From an uncultured Gemmatimonadales bacterium (lineage in GTDB: Bacteria > Gemmatimonadota > Gemmatimonadetes > Longimicrobiales > Longimicrobiaceae), in contig OY970303.1 in assembly GCA_963716255.1 (NCBI GenBank), positions 3,136,001-3,200,000 on the forward strand: a stretch of DNA of 64,000 bases. The letters run 5' to 3'. A program made the position numbers and the translations under genes. Numbering within the stretch: position 1 is the stretch's first letter; the number at the start of each line of letters is the position of its first letter. Positions 1-9,224 of this stretch are shown in pieces. The notes beneath the pieces are model-generated. The model did not search any database. It saw only the letters and a program-made list of their open reading frames with translations, and was not told the DNA's origin.

Positions 1-384
1 CGGACCGAGGTCGTCTTTCTTGAGGTTGTTCAGGTTCTTCTTCGCCAGCAGTCCGCCGACGAGGACGAAGACAAGACCGACCAGCAGCGCGCCCAGCCAG
101 TAGTTGTCCAGCAGGTCCCCGATCGCCGCTACCAGGAAGGCAGTGAGGACCAGCAGCCCGACCAGGAGAAGCCCGCCGCCGACGGCGATCATGGCGGCAT
201 CCTTGGTGGCGCTGCGGAGGTTCTCGCGCATCTCGGCCTTGGCGAGGGACACCTCCTGCTTGACCAGCGTTGCGCTGTCCTGCGCCAGCTGCTTGAACAG
301 CTCACCGAGCGACGGCTCCGGCCCCGGCGCGCTCGGGGGCCGGTCCGTCACGGCCGGGCGGCTCACGTGGAAGTCGTCCTGCAT
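1..384 (-). CDS. Phage holin family-like membrane protein (3' end outside window)
   Basis: Manual translation MQDDFHVSR...SLGELFKQLAQDSATLVKQEVSLAKAEMRE followed by two hydrophobic helices; directly downstream of the 397..1047 gene. Confidence 0.7.
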   Translation of the reverse strand, partial: MQDDFHVSRPAVTDRPPSAPGPEPSLGELFKQLAQDSATLVKQEVSLAKAEMRENLRSATKDAAMIAVGGGLLLVGLLVLTAFLVAAIGDLLDNYWLGALLVGLVFVLVGGLLAKKNLNNLKKDDLGP

Positions 385-396
385 GGTTGTTGTCTC

Positions 397-1047
397 CTAC
401 CGCAGGATCTTGCCCAGGACCCAACCCGCGGCGACACCGATCAGGAGCGTCTGCAGGGGCTTTTCCCTGACCATCCGCTCAACGTCGCTCTGAAGCGCCC
501 GGACGTCGTTGTCGCGCAGGTAGCGCGCGGTGGATTCCATCGTGCTGGCGGCCTGCTGCGCGAGGTCGGTAGCCTTCCCCATCGCGCCGCTCGGGGTGCC
601 GCCCCGGTCCGCGAGCCCGCTGAGGCGGTTCGCCGCCGTCTCCAGCCCGTCCGCCGCCCGTCCGAGCACCTGGTTCGCGTGGTCCTGCAGCCCCGTGGTA
701 CTCGCGCCACCCTGGGCCGCCGTGCTGCTCCCCGTGCCGGTCGCGGTGCTCCCCAGCCCGCTGCCGCTCAGCCCACTGCTGCCGCCGGTTCCCAGGTCCG
801 ACGCCGTGCTGGTGCCGGTCCCTCCGAAGCTCGGAGTGTTGGCAGCCCCTGCGCTCGAGCCCGTGCTCCCGCTCAGACCGCTTTCGCCGGCACCCAGGCT
901 GCTGCCGCCGAGCCCGGTGCCGCCCCCTGTCCCGGTGCTTCCACCCAGTCCGGTGCTGCCGCCCAGCCCCGCGGCGCCGCTGCCACCCGTCCCCGTTCCA
1001 CTCCCATATCCGCCGGTACCGCCGACGTCCCTGTTCTGGTCGTCCAT
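397..1047 (-). CDS. Gly/Ser/Thr-rich protein with ElaB/YqjD (DUF883)-like C-terminal membrane anchor
   Basis: AGGAGG RBS; C-terminus VREKPLQTLLIGVAAGWVLGKILR. Confidence 0.65.
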   Translation of the reverse strand: MDDQNRDVGGTGGYGSGTGTGGSGAAGLGGSTGLGGSTGTGGGTGLGGSSLGAGESGLSGSTGSSAGAANTPSFGGTGTSTASDLGTGGSSGLSGSGLGSTATGTGSSTAAQGGASTTGLQDHANQVLGRAADGLETAANRLSGLADRGGTPSGAMGKATDLAQQAASTMESTARYLRDNDVRALQSDVERMVREKPLQTLLIGVAAGWVLGKILR

Positions 1048-1211
1048 GGTCCCTCCTGGTGTTTAGGCTCCGTTCTCCGGGAGGGATCCTATGCGCAACA
1101 CCTGTGCCAGTGGGGACATGCGTTCCGGCGGGGGCGATGCAGCGGGAAACGGGTGATTTACAAGTGGTTATGCATTCCTTGCCGGTGTCGGCGGGTTGGG
1201 GAGAGCAGGAG

Positions 1212-1227
1212 TGTTCCACGTGGAACA
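1212..1227. promoter_or_regulatory. parS: parS site
   Basis: Perfect palindrome TGTTCCACGTGGAACA matching the bacterial parS consensus, near parAB. Confidence 0.9.
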
Positions 1228-1292
1228 GCGCCGCCGCCCGCTTGTAACAAGGGTCGCCGGGGCAACCTGACCAACCAGCGACGGCGGAGCGG

Positions 1293-3200
1293 ATGAGCGA
1301 GCGGTACGACGTGATCGTGGTGGGTGGGGGCCACGCCGGAGTGGAGGCGGCCGCGGCGTCGGCGCGCATCGGTGCGTCCACGCTGCTGGTCACGCCGAAC
1401 CTGGAGGGCATCGGCCAGATGAGCTGCAACCCCGCCATCGGTGGCGTGGCGAAGGGAACGGTGGTGCGGGAGGTGGATGCGCTCGGTGGGATCATGGCGC
1501 GGGCAACCGACCGCTCGCGCATCCAGTTCCGCATGCTCAACCGCTCCAAGGGTCCCGCGGTGTGGGCGCCCCGCGCCCAGTGCGACCGCGGGCTCTACCC
1601 CCGGGCGGCGCGCGCACTGCTGGAGGAGCATTCTGCGCTTCACTTCATCCAGGGAATGGTGGGGTCGCTCCTGCTGGAGGGCGGCCGCGTGGCCGGCGTG
1701 TGCACGGAGGGTGGCGCCGAGCTTCGCGCACGATGCGTGGTTCTGACAGCGGGGACCTTCCTGCGCGGCCGGATCCACGTGGGCCACGCGCCCGCCGTCC
1801 CCGCCGGACGGGCCGGGGACCCACCCTCGGTGCGCCTCGCCGAGCAGATGGAGGCGCTGGGGCTGGAGGTCGCACGCTTCAAGACCGGCACCCCGCCGCG
1901 CATCGATGGGCGCTCGGTGGACCTTTCGCGCCTGGAGGAGCAGCAGGGCGAATCGCCCGATTACCGCCTGTCGGTGTGGGCACGCGAGCCCCTGCTCCCG
2001 CAGCTCCCCTGCTGGATCACCTGGACGGGTGAGCCCCTCCGCGACATCGTGGACCGCCACCTGGGCGATTCCGCGCTCTACGGCGGCGAGATCTCCGGGC
2101 GGGGTCCGCGCTACTGTCCGTCCATCGAGGACAAGATCGTCAAGTTCCCCGAGGCCGCGCGGCATCAGCTCTTCCTGGAGCCGGAGGGGCTGGCCACGAG
2201 AGAGATGTACGTCAACGGCCTGTCGACCTCGCTCCCCGCGGACGTGCAGCTACGGATGCTGCACAGCATTCCGGGGCTGGAGGAAGCCCGGATGACCAAG
2301 CCGGGCTACGCCATCGAGTACGACTACTATCCCCCCCACCAGCTCCGCCCCACCCTGGCCAGCAAGGCACTCGAAGGGCTGTTCCTCGCGGGGCAGGTGA
2401 ACGGGACGACCGGCTACGAGGAGGCCGCCGGGCAGGGGGTGCTCGCGGGGGCGAACGCGGCGCTGGACGCGCTCGGGCGTGACCCGCTGATCCTGGAGCG
2501 CGACCAGGCGTTCATCGGCGTGCTGGTGGACGACCTGGTGACCCGGGGAACCGATGAGCCCTACCGGCTGTTCACCTCGCGCGCCGAGTTTCGCCTCACG
2601 CTGCGCCAGGACAACGCGCTCGCGCGCCTGGGGCCCATCGCCGAGCGGGCGGGCCTGTTGACCGCCGAGCAGGGGGAGCTGCTCCACCGCCGGTTGGATG
2701 CCGGCGCGCGCGTGCACGCCTGGCTGGGCAGCACCAACGCGACGCCGGCGCAGGTGAACGGCGTGCTGGAGGCCGCCGGCCAGGCGCCCATCCGCGAGCC
2801 TACCCGGCTTTCCCAGCTCCTCCGCCGGCCAGGGATCTCGGCCGGCGCGCTCGCTTCCGCGGTGGGCGTGGAGGCCACGGAGCCTGCGGATGGGTTCGAC
2901 GAAGCGCTCGCCGCGGCGGAGATGGAGCTCCGCTATGAGGGTTATCTGCTGCGTGAGCGCGAGCGCGCCGAATCGCTGCGGCGGCAGGCGGAGTTCCCGC
3001 TTCCCGACGACCTCCCCTACCCTATCCTGGAATCGCTCTCGTTCGAGGCGCGCCAGAAGCTGGCACGCATCCGTCCGGCCACGCTCGCCCAGGCGGGTCG
3101 GGTGCCAGGCGTGAGTCCGAGCGACCTCCAGAACCTGATGATGGAGGTGAGAAAGCGCAGGGCGGCGGAGAGTACGGAGTACGAAGTACGAAGTACGTAA
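1293..3200 (+). CDS. mnmG: tRNA uridine-5-carboxymethylaminomethyl(34) synthesis enzyme MnmG (GidA)
   Basis: [59 protein letters not shown]. Confidence 0.97.
   Translation: MSERYDVIVVGGGHAGVEAAAASARIGASTLLVTPNLEGIGQMSCNPAIGGVAKGTVVREVDALGGIMARATDRSRIQFRMLNRSKGPAVWAPRAQCDRGLYPRAARALLEEHSALHFIQGMVGSLLLEGGRVAGVCTEGGAELRARCVVLTAGTFLRGRIHVGHAPAVPAGRAGDPPSVRLAEQMEALGLEVARFKTGTPPRIDGRSVDLSRLEEQQGESPDYRLSVWAREPLLPQLPCWITWTGEPLRDIVDRHLGDSALYGGEISGRGPRYCPSIEDKIVKFPEAARHQLFLEPEGLATREMYVNGLSTSLPADVQLRMLHSIPGLEEARMTKPGYAIEYDYYPPHQLRPTLASKALEGLFLAGQVNGTTGYEEAAGQGVLAGANAALDALGRDPLILERDQAFIGVLVDDLVTRGTDEPYRLFTSRAEFRLTLRQDNALARLGPIAERAGLLTAEQGELLHRRLDAGARVHAWLGSTNATPAQVNGVLEAAGQAPIREPTRLSQLLRRPGISAGALASAVGVEATEPADGFDEALAAAEMELRYEGYLLRERERAESLRRQAEFPLPDDLPYPILESLSFEARQKLARIRPATLAQAGRVPGVSPSDLQNLMMEVRKRRAAESTEYEVRST
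3171..3198 (+). repeat. Heptamer tandem repeat (AGTACGN)x4 at the mnmG 3' end
   Basis: AGTACGG AGTACGA AGTACGA AGTACGT; related array at 28501..28528 on the other strand. Confidence 0.8.
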
Positions 3201-3238
3201 CGGCCGAGCGGACGCTCGAATCGTATCCCGTGCTTCCA

Positions 3239-3254
3239 TGTTCCACGTGGAACA
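3239..3254. promoter_or_regulatory. parS: parS site
   Basis: Second TGTTCCACGTGGAACA, between mnmG and parA. Confidence 0.9.
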
Positions 3255-3356
3255 CGCTCCCGTCACGTGCGTGAGGGCGCACGAGTCGCTGGACGCTCCG
3301 TGCCCCGTGGGGTTATATTTCGCGCTCCAATCCCACCTCCAGAGCAGGGACCAGCC

Positions 3357-4175
3357 TTGTCGCGCATCATCGCCATCGCAAACCAGAAGGGCGGCGTCGG
3401 AAAGACCACGACGGCCATCAATCTGGGGGCGTGTCTCGCCGTCGCCGAGAAGAAGACGCTCGTCATCGACACCGACCCGCAGGGGAATGCCACGAGCGGC
3501 CTGGGGATCGTCAAGGACGATCTGGAGCGCTCGATCTACGACGTGCTGGTGGAGGGAGCTTCGCTGGAGGACGTGATCATCCCCCAGGTGCACTTTCCCT
3601 ACCTGGACGTGGCGCCCGCCACCCAGGACCTGGTGGGGGTCGAGGTGGAGCTGGTGGCACGCGCGGCGCGCGAGAACATCCTGCGCGAGGCGCTGGAGCC
3701 GGTCCGCGACCGGTACGAGTACATCCTCATCGACTGCCCGCCGTCGCTCGGGCTGCTCACGCTGAACACCCTGACGGCGGCGGACGCGGTCCTGATTCCC
3801 ATCCAGTGCGAGTTCTACGCGCTGGAAGGTCTCTCCCAGCTGCTCAACACCATCCGCATCGTGCAGAAGAGCCTCAATCCGCGCTTGCAGATCGAGGGGG
3901 TGCTGCTGACCATGCACGACGGGCGGCTCAACCTGTCGCGGCAGGTGGCGGAGGAGGCAAAGGAGTACTTCGGACCGAAAGTATACCGAAGTGTCGTGCC
4001 ACGGAACGTACGTATCGCGGAGGCGCCCAGCTTCGGCAAGCCCATCGTGCTGTACGACATCGGGTCCGTGGGGGCAAAGAGCTACCTTGCGCTCGCCAAG
4101 GAAGTGATCGCCCGCACCCCAAAGGGCTCGCGCACCGAGGCCGCCCCGCTCGCTGTGGCGGCGGGAGGGGAGTAA
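3357..4175 (+). CDS. parA: Chromosome partitioning ATPase ParA/Soj
   Basis: Probable TTG start; IANQKGGVGKTTT deviant Walker A, DTDPQGNAT, IDCPPSLG, EAPSFGKP. Confidence 0.95.
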   Translation: MSRIIAIANQKGGVGKTTTAINLGACLAVAEKKTLVIDTDPQGNATSGLGIVKDDLERSIYDVLVEGASLEDVIIPQVHFPYLDVAPATQDLVGVEVELVARAARENILREALEPVRDRYEYILIDCPPSLGLLTLNTLTAADAVLIPIQCEFYALEGLSQLLNTIRIVQKSLNPRLQIEGVLLTMHDGRLNLSRQVAEEAKEYFGPKVYRSVVPRNVRIAEAPSFGKPIVLYDIGSVGAKSYLALAKEVIARTPKGSRTEAAPLAVAAGGE

Positions 4176-4178
4176 GCC

Positions 4179-5096
4179 GTGTCCGGAGCCAAGAAGCAGG
4201 CGCGCCTCGGCAAGGGGCTCGGAGCCCTCCTGGGAGAGTACCTTCCCCCGGCGGATGCGCCGCACTCGCAGGACGGGATCCGCGTCGTCCCCATCGCGCG
4301 CATCGCCCCCAACCCCTTCCAGCCGCGCCGGGAGTTCGCCCCGGAGCAGCTCGCGGAGCTCGAAGCCTCCATTCGCGAGAACGGCCTCCTCCAGCCGCTG
4401 GTGGTGCGGCCGCGCACGGAGACCACGCCGGACGGGGCCGACTGGGAGCTGATCGCCGGCGAGCGCCGCTGGCGGGCGATCCGCCGGCTGGAGTGGACGG
4501 AGGTTCCCGTGGTCGTCAAGGAGATCGACGACCGCGCCATGCTGGTCCTGGCCATCGTGGAAAACATCCAGCGCGCGGAGCTTTCCCCGCTGGACGAAGC
4601 GGCGGGGTACCAGAAGCTGATCGAGGATTTCGGCTTCACCCAGCAGGAGGTCGCCGAGAGCGTGGGCAAGGACCGCTCCACCATCGCCAACCTGCTGCGC
4701 CTCCTCCAGCTCCCCGCTTCGGTGCAGGGGATGGTGAACCGCGGCGAGCTGTCCATGGGCCACGCCCGCGCCATCCTGGGGCTGGGCGGTGAGCGGGAGA
4801 TGGCGGAGCTGGCTCGCGAGGCCTCGGAGCAGGGGATGTCGGTGCGCGCCGTGGAGGAGCGGGTGCGCACCCGACGCGGCTCGGCCGCCGCGCAGCCCAC
4901 GCCGCGTGAGGCCGAGCGCCCCGCGGACCCGCACGTCCGCCACCTGGAGGAGGAGCTGCAGCGCGCGCTGGGGACCGCGGTGCGCATCCGGGTGGGCGGC
5001 GGGCGTAGCGGCAGGATCGAGATTCCCTTCTACAACGCGGACGACTTCGACCGCGTGCTGGAGCTTCTGCTCGGCGCGGAGGCGGGAAAAGTCTGA
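4179..5096 (+). CDS. parB: Chromosome partitioning protein ParB/Spo0J
   Basis: LGKGLGALL N-terminus, NPFQPRREF, IAGERRWRA, ENIQR, HTH. Confidence 0.95.
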   Translation: MSGAKKQARLGKGLGALLGEYLPPADAPHSQDGIRVVPIARIAPNPFQPRREFAPEQLAELEASIRENGLLQPLVVRPRTETTPDGADWELIAGERRWRAIRRLEWTEVPVVVKEIDDRAMLVLAIVENIQRAELSPLDEAAGYQKLIEDFGFTQQEVAESVGKDRSTIANLLRLLQLPASVQGMVNRGELSMGHARAILGLGGEREMAELAREASEQGMSVRAVEERVRTRRGSAAAQPTPREAERPADPHVRHLEEELQRALGTAVRIRVGGGRSGRIEIPFYNADDFDRVLELLLGAEAGKV

Positions 5097-5129
5097 TGCC
5101 TCTCCCGCAGCGCCCGGAGAAGAGGTAGC

Positions 5130-5903
5130 ATGCCCCGGGACGAGCGACGCATGACCTTCATCGTGGTTCCGCACGGCGGAGGGGGCCTGAGCACACGGTC
5201 GTTCGAGATCTCGTACCGCCGTCTGCGCGTGGCCGCCCTGCTGGTGGGCGCCGCGGCGCTCATCTGGGCCGTATCCATGGGTGCGTGGGTGCTGGTGGCG
5301 GCGCAGGCCGCGCGCGTGCCGGGGCTGAAGCGCGAGGTGGCGGAGCTGCAGCAGGAGCGCGTCCGCGTGCAGCAGCTCGCCGCGCTGCTCGGCCGCATGG
5401 AGCGCCAGAACGCGCAGGTCCGGATGATGCTGGGGGCAAAGGCGCTGGAGGAGGCGCGCGCGCGCCGGGCTGCGGGTGCCCCGGGGACCGACTCGCTTCC
5501 GGCGGAGGGCGCCGAGGCGACGGTCCCCTCCTCGTGGCCGCTGGAGGGCGACGGCTTCGTCACCCGCGAGCACCTGGCCCGCGTCTCCGGGCGGCACCCG
5601 GGGATCGACGTGGCGGTGGCGGAGGGGACGCACGTGCGGGCCTCCGGCGCGGGGACGGTGGTGGAGGTGGGGGAGGACAGCGTGTATGGCAGGTTCGTGC
5701 GCGTCCGCCACCGCGACGGGTACGAGACCATGTACGGGCACGCGTCCGAAGTGCTCGTCGAGCAGGGGGCGCGGGTGGCGCAGGACCAGGTGATCGCGCT
5801 GAGCGGCAACACCGGGCTCTCCACCGCCCCGCACCTGCACTTCGAGGTGCGAAGGAACGGCGAGCCGGTGGATCCGCGAACGCTCGTGAAGGCTCCCAGG
5901 TGA
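5130..5903 (+). CDS. Membrane-anchored coiled-coil M23 family peptidase
   Basis: TM helix, coiled coil, HPGID and PHLHFE zinc motifs. Confidence 0.88.
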   Translation: MPRDERRMTFIVVPHGGGGLSTRSFEISYRRLRVAALLVGAAALIWAVSMGAWVLVAAQAARVPGLKREVAELQQERVRVQQLAALLGRMERQNAQVRMMLGAKALEEARARRAAGAPGTDSLPAEGAEATVPSSWPLEGDGFVTREHLARVSGRHPGIDVAVAEGTHVRASGAGTVVEVGEDSVYGRFVRVRHRDGYETMYGHASEVLVEQGARVAQDQVIALSGNTGLSTAPHLHFEVRRNGEPVDPRTLVKAPR

Positions 5904-5910
5904 CCAGAGC

Positions 5911-6357
5911 ATGTTCGGAAAGAAATCTACGGAAAGGGGTGCCGTGGCACGCGAACGGGTGAGTGCCGCGCTGGGCGTGGCGTCGGGGGACGGGGCGATC
6001 TCCATCATCGGGGCCGGGATGCGCATCGTGGGCGACCTGGTCACCGACGGTACCATCCGCGTGGAGGGACGCGTGGAGGGGACCATCCGCGCGGGGAAGG
6101 CGGTGGTGCTGGGAAAGGGCGGCGAGGTGGTGGGCGACATCTTCACCCAGGACGCGGTGATCGGCGGACGGGTGCAGGGCCGCGTGTTCGCGGAAAGCCG
6201 CCTGGAGCTGCAGAGCACATCCGAGATCAGCGGAGAGATCCGCGCCCGCACCGCGCATCTCCAGCTGGACGAGGGGGCCCGCTTCAACGGCCAGATCCAG
6301 ATGGTGGACGAGGACGGGATGAAAGCGCTTCCCGCGGTCGAGGCGCCGCGCGAGTAA
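5911..6357 (+). CDS. Bactofilin (polymer-forming cytoskeletal protein)
   Basis: SIIGAGMRIVGDL...IRVEGRVEGTI...LQLDEGARFNGQI beta-helix pattern. Confidence 0.9.
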   Translation: MFGKKSTERGAVARERVSAALGVASGDGAISIIGAGMRIVGDLVTDGTIRVEGRVEGTIRAGKAVVLGKGGEVVGDIFTQDAVIGGRVQGRVFAESRLELQSTSEISGEIRARTAHLQLDEGARFNGQIQMVDEDGMKALPAVEAPRE

Positions 6358-6376
6358 TCCACCGCGCCAGCGTGGG

Positions 6377-6473
6377 TTTTCCACAGTGCTGAGATTCCCG
6401 CATCTTGTTGTCACGTAGCGGGTTCCGGTTTTCCACAGCGCCGTCCACAGATTTTCCACGCGAGTTTTCCACG
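6377..6473 (+). promoter_or_regulatory. Cluster of DnaA-box-like 9-mers
   Basis: TTTTCCACA at 6377 and 6429, CCGTCCACA at 6441, TTTTCCACG at 6452 and 6465, all same strand. Confidence 0.6.
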
Positions 6474-6506
6474 GGCGTGGAATCCGCCCCGGGGAGGGCC
6501 TTGAAG

Positions 6507-7259
6507 ATGCGGCTCCAAGAGCTCTGCGCCTATCTGGACGGGTACCTGCGCATCGGCGAGGTGCCCGACTACGCGGGCGCGCTGAACGGGCTCCAGGTGG
6601 AGAACGGCGGTGAAGTGACCCGCGTGGCGGTGGCGGTGGACGCGGCACAGGCCACGGTTGATGGGGCGGTGCGCGCCGGGGCGGACTTCCTCCTGGTGCA
6701 CCACGGCCTGTTCTGGGACGGAAGCCAGCCCATGACCGGGAGGCGCTACCGTCGCCTGCGGGCGCTGCTGGAGGGCGGTGTCGCCGTCTACGGCGCCCAC
6801 CTGCCGCTGGACGTGCACCCGGACGTGGGGAACAACGCGGTGCTGGTGCGCGAGCTGGGAATGGAGCCGCTTGGCACTTTCGGCGACTACAAGGGATACC
6901 CGCTGGGGGTCTGGGGCGAGCTGGACCTGTCGCGCGAGGCGCTCTGCGCGCGCCTGGACGAGCTCCTGGGCGGGCGGGTGAAGATGGTGCCGGGAGGGCC
7001 GGAGCGGGTCCGCCGCGTGGGGGTGATCACCGGCGGCGCGGGGAGCATGGTGCCCGCGGCGCAGGCGGCGCGGCTGGACGCCTTCGTGACCGGCGAGGGG
7101 GCGCACCACAACTACTTCGACGCGGAGGAGGGCGGGATCAACCTGTTCCTGGGCGGCCACTACGCCACGGAAACGTGGGGGGTGCGGGCGCTGGCTGCCC
7201 ACCTGGAGGAGCGCTTCGGCCTTCCCTGGATCTTTCTGGACCACCCCACCGGCCTGTGA
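6507..7259 (+). CDS. Nif3-like dinuclear metal center protein
   Basis: NGLQVE, LLVHHGLFW, HLPLDVH, GHYATE. Confidence 0.92.
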   Translation: MRLQELCAYLDGYLRIGEVPDYAGALNGLQVENGGEVTRVAVAVDAAQATVDGAVRAGADFLLVHHGLFWDGSQPMTGRRYRRLRALLEGGVAVYGAHLPLDVHPDVGNNAVLVRELGMEPLGTFGDYKGYPLGVWGELDLSREALCARLDELLGGRVKMVPGGPERVRRVGVITGGAGSMVPAAQAARLDAFVTGEGAHHNYFDAEEGGINLFLGGHYATETWGVRALAAHLEERFGLPWIFLDHPTGL

Positions 7260-7297
7260 TGCAGGATTTCGGCAAACCGGCTTTGAAGGGCGGGGTC

Positions 7298-7430
7298 GGG
7301 CGTGCCCCCGGCTGGCGCCGGGGTCGGGCTTCGGCTCCGTAAGCGAGCAAACAACGCTCGCTAACGGAGTCGAGCCCCGGCGGAAACACCCCCGCCGGGT
7401 CTCGCCCCTTCGGGCCGAAATCCCTCACGC
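7298..7430 (+). repeat. Family A structured intergenic repeat, copy 1
   Basis: GGGCGTGCCCCCGG...GGGTCGGGCTTCGGCTCCGT...ACGGAGTCGAGCCC...ATCCCTCACGC; nine copies in window. Confidence 0.9.
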
Positions 7431-7607
7431 GACTTCCGATGACATCCCCGGTGGCCGGCGCGATTCGCGCCGGCCGCTTGCCGTTCCGTCTGCCCGGCGT
7501 CCCCTCCCCTTCCCCGTTACTCCCCACGCACGCGAGTTGCAGGAGACCCGCCGTTCCGGGGCCCTGCCCCGGCCTGCATGCTGACCCGCGAGACCGAGGA
7601 GAAGCCC

Positions 7608-7892
7608 ATGGCGCGTGCCACGTGGAACGGCGCGGTGCTGGCCGAGAGCGACCGCTTCGAAGAGGTGGAGGGGAACGTGTACTTCCCCGCGGACACGATC
7701 CGCCGCGAGTACTTCCGCGAGAGCCCCACGCACACCGTCTGCCCCTGGAAGGGCACGGCGAGCTACTACAGCGTGACGGTGGACGGCGAGACCAACGCGG
7801 ACGCGGCGTGGTACTACCCGGAGCCCAAGGACGCGGCCGCCGACATCCGGGACCACGTGGCCTTCTGGAAGGGCGTGCGGGTGGAGCGCTGA
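7608..7892 (+). CDS. DUF427 protein
   Basis: VEGNVYFP, CPWKGTASYY, AAWYYPEP, HVAFWKGV. Confidence 0.9.
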   Translation: MARATWNGAVLAESDRFEEVEGNVYFPADTIRREYFRESPTHTVCPWKGTASYYSVTVDGETNADAAWYYPEPKDAAADIRDHVAFWKGVRVER

Positions 7893-7905
7893 GGCCACGG
7901 CGCGA

Positions 7906-8571
7906 ATGGCCAAGCTCCTGGTGACGGGCGGGAACGGCTTCATCGGCGCGGAGGTGTGCCGGGTGGCCGTGGCGGAGGGACACGAGGTGGTCGGGATGGG
8001 GCGGAGCGGCCGGCCGGCGATCGACGGTCCCTGGACCGAACAGGTCCGCTGGCTGGCGGCGGACGTCTTCCGGCCCGACGCCTGGGTGGGCCACCTGGCG
8101 GGGTGCGACGCCGTCGTGCACTGCGTCGGCATCGCGTGGGAGAGGCCGGAGCGCGGCGTCACCTTCGAGCGCTTCAATGGCGACGCGGCCGTGCTGGCGG
8201 CGGATGCGGCGGAGCGGGCGGGGGTGGAGGCCTTCGTCTACCTGTCGGCCGCGGCGAAGCCGCCGCTGCTCCCGGAGGCGTACATCAACGCCAAGCGCCG
8301 CGCGGAGCGCGAGGTGCTGGGGTGCGCCTTCCGCGGGGTGGTGCTCCGGCCGGGGTTCGTGTACGGGGCGCGGCGGGGGATCTCGGTGCCGGCGGCCGCG
8401 CTCATGCGCGCCGCGGCACGGGTCCCGGTGCTGGGCGCGGGCGTGCGGAGGGCGCGGCCGCTCCCCGTGGAGCGCGTGGCACGGGCGGCGCTGCGGGCCG
8501 CGACGGAGCCCGGGGTGCGGGGGATCCTGGAGATGGACGCGATCGAGGCGCTCGGCGCGGCGGCGAGGTGA
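7906..8571 (+). CDS. NAD-dependent epimerase/dehydratase family (atypical SDR)
   Basis: LLVTGGNGFIG Rossmann motif, YINAK, LRPGFVYG. Confidence 0.85.
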   Translation: MAKLLVTGGNGFIGAEVCRVAVAEGHEVVGMGRSGRPAIDGPWTEQVRWLAADVFRPDAWVGHLAGCDAVVHCVGIAWERPERGVTFERFNGDAAVLAADAAERAGVEAFVYLSAAAKPPLLPEAYINAKRRAEREVLGCAFRGVVLRPGFVYGARRGISVPAAALMRAAARVPVLGAGVRRARPLPVERVARAALRAATEPGVRGILEMDAIEALGAAAR

Positions 8572-8648
8572 CGGCCGGCCGCCGGGGCCGGGCCGCCGGG
8601 GGCCCGGCCCCGTCCAACATTCCACACGAGCACAGGCGGGAATCGCGG

Positions 8649-9212
8649 ATGGAGCCGGAGCGGGCGGTGGAGATGCTGCAGTTCCTGAGGCTGGCCGGGC
8701 GCCTGAAGGAGACCGCGCGCGCGGGGTGGGGGCTGCGGGGGATCGACGATCCCGAGTCGGTGGCCGACCACAGCTTCCGCGTGGGGCTGCTCGCGCTGGT
8801 GCTGGCCCGCGACGCGGATCCGCCCCTGGACCGGGAGCGCTGCGTGGCGATGGCGCTGGTGCACGACCTGGCGGAGTCCCTGGTGGGCGACATCACCCCG
8901 TACGACGGCATCTCCAGCGAGGAAAAGAACCGCCGCGAGCGCGATGCCATGGAGCGCCTGGCCGCCCTGCTGGGCGACGGCGAGGTGCTGCGGCTCTGGG
9001 AGGAGTACCAGGCGGCGCAGACGGCGGAGGCGCGCTTCGTGAAGGACCTGGACCGGCTGGAGACGGTGCTCCAGGCCGCGGAGTACGAGGAGACGCGCGG
9101 GGTGGAGCTCGCCGAGTTCCGGGAGATGGGGGAGCGCCGCGAGTGGCTGCCGGCGACGCGGGCCGTCCACGACGCGATCCGCGGGGAGCCGGGGGATTCC
9201 TCCACGGTCTGA
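8649..9212 (+). CDS. HD-domain hydrolase (YfbR/HDDC2-like)
   Basis: LKETARAGW, ESVADHSFR, VHDLAE, DLDRLE. Confidence 0.88.
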   Translation: MEPERAVEMLQFLRLAGRLKETARAGWGLRGIDDPESVADHSFRVGLLALVLARDADPPLDRERCVAMALVHDLAESLVGDITPYDGISSEEKNRRERDAMERLAALLGDGEVLRLWEEYQAAQTAEARFVKDLDRLETVLQAAEYEETRGVELAEFREMGERREWLPATRAVHDAIRGEPGDSSTV

Positions 9213-9224
9213 CGCTCCCCGGCG

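Noticed and set aside
1..384. Prophage implied by a holin-family gene
   Set aside because: This family is commonly chromosomal beside DUF883-like genes, and no phage genes are nearby
2250..6362. 1370-aa minus-strand ORF and similar long ORFs (39683..42805, the upstream part of 21351..25874, 16682..19969)
   Set aside because: Antisense shadows of real genes in high-GC DNA; Arg/Pro/Gly-rich with no motifs
7298..7430. Family A as a hammerhead ribozyme
   Set aside because: CGAAA is present in some copies but the CUGANGA core is absent
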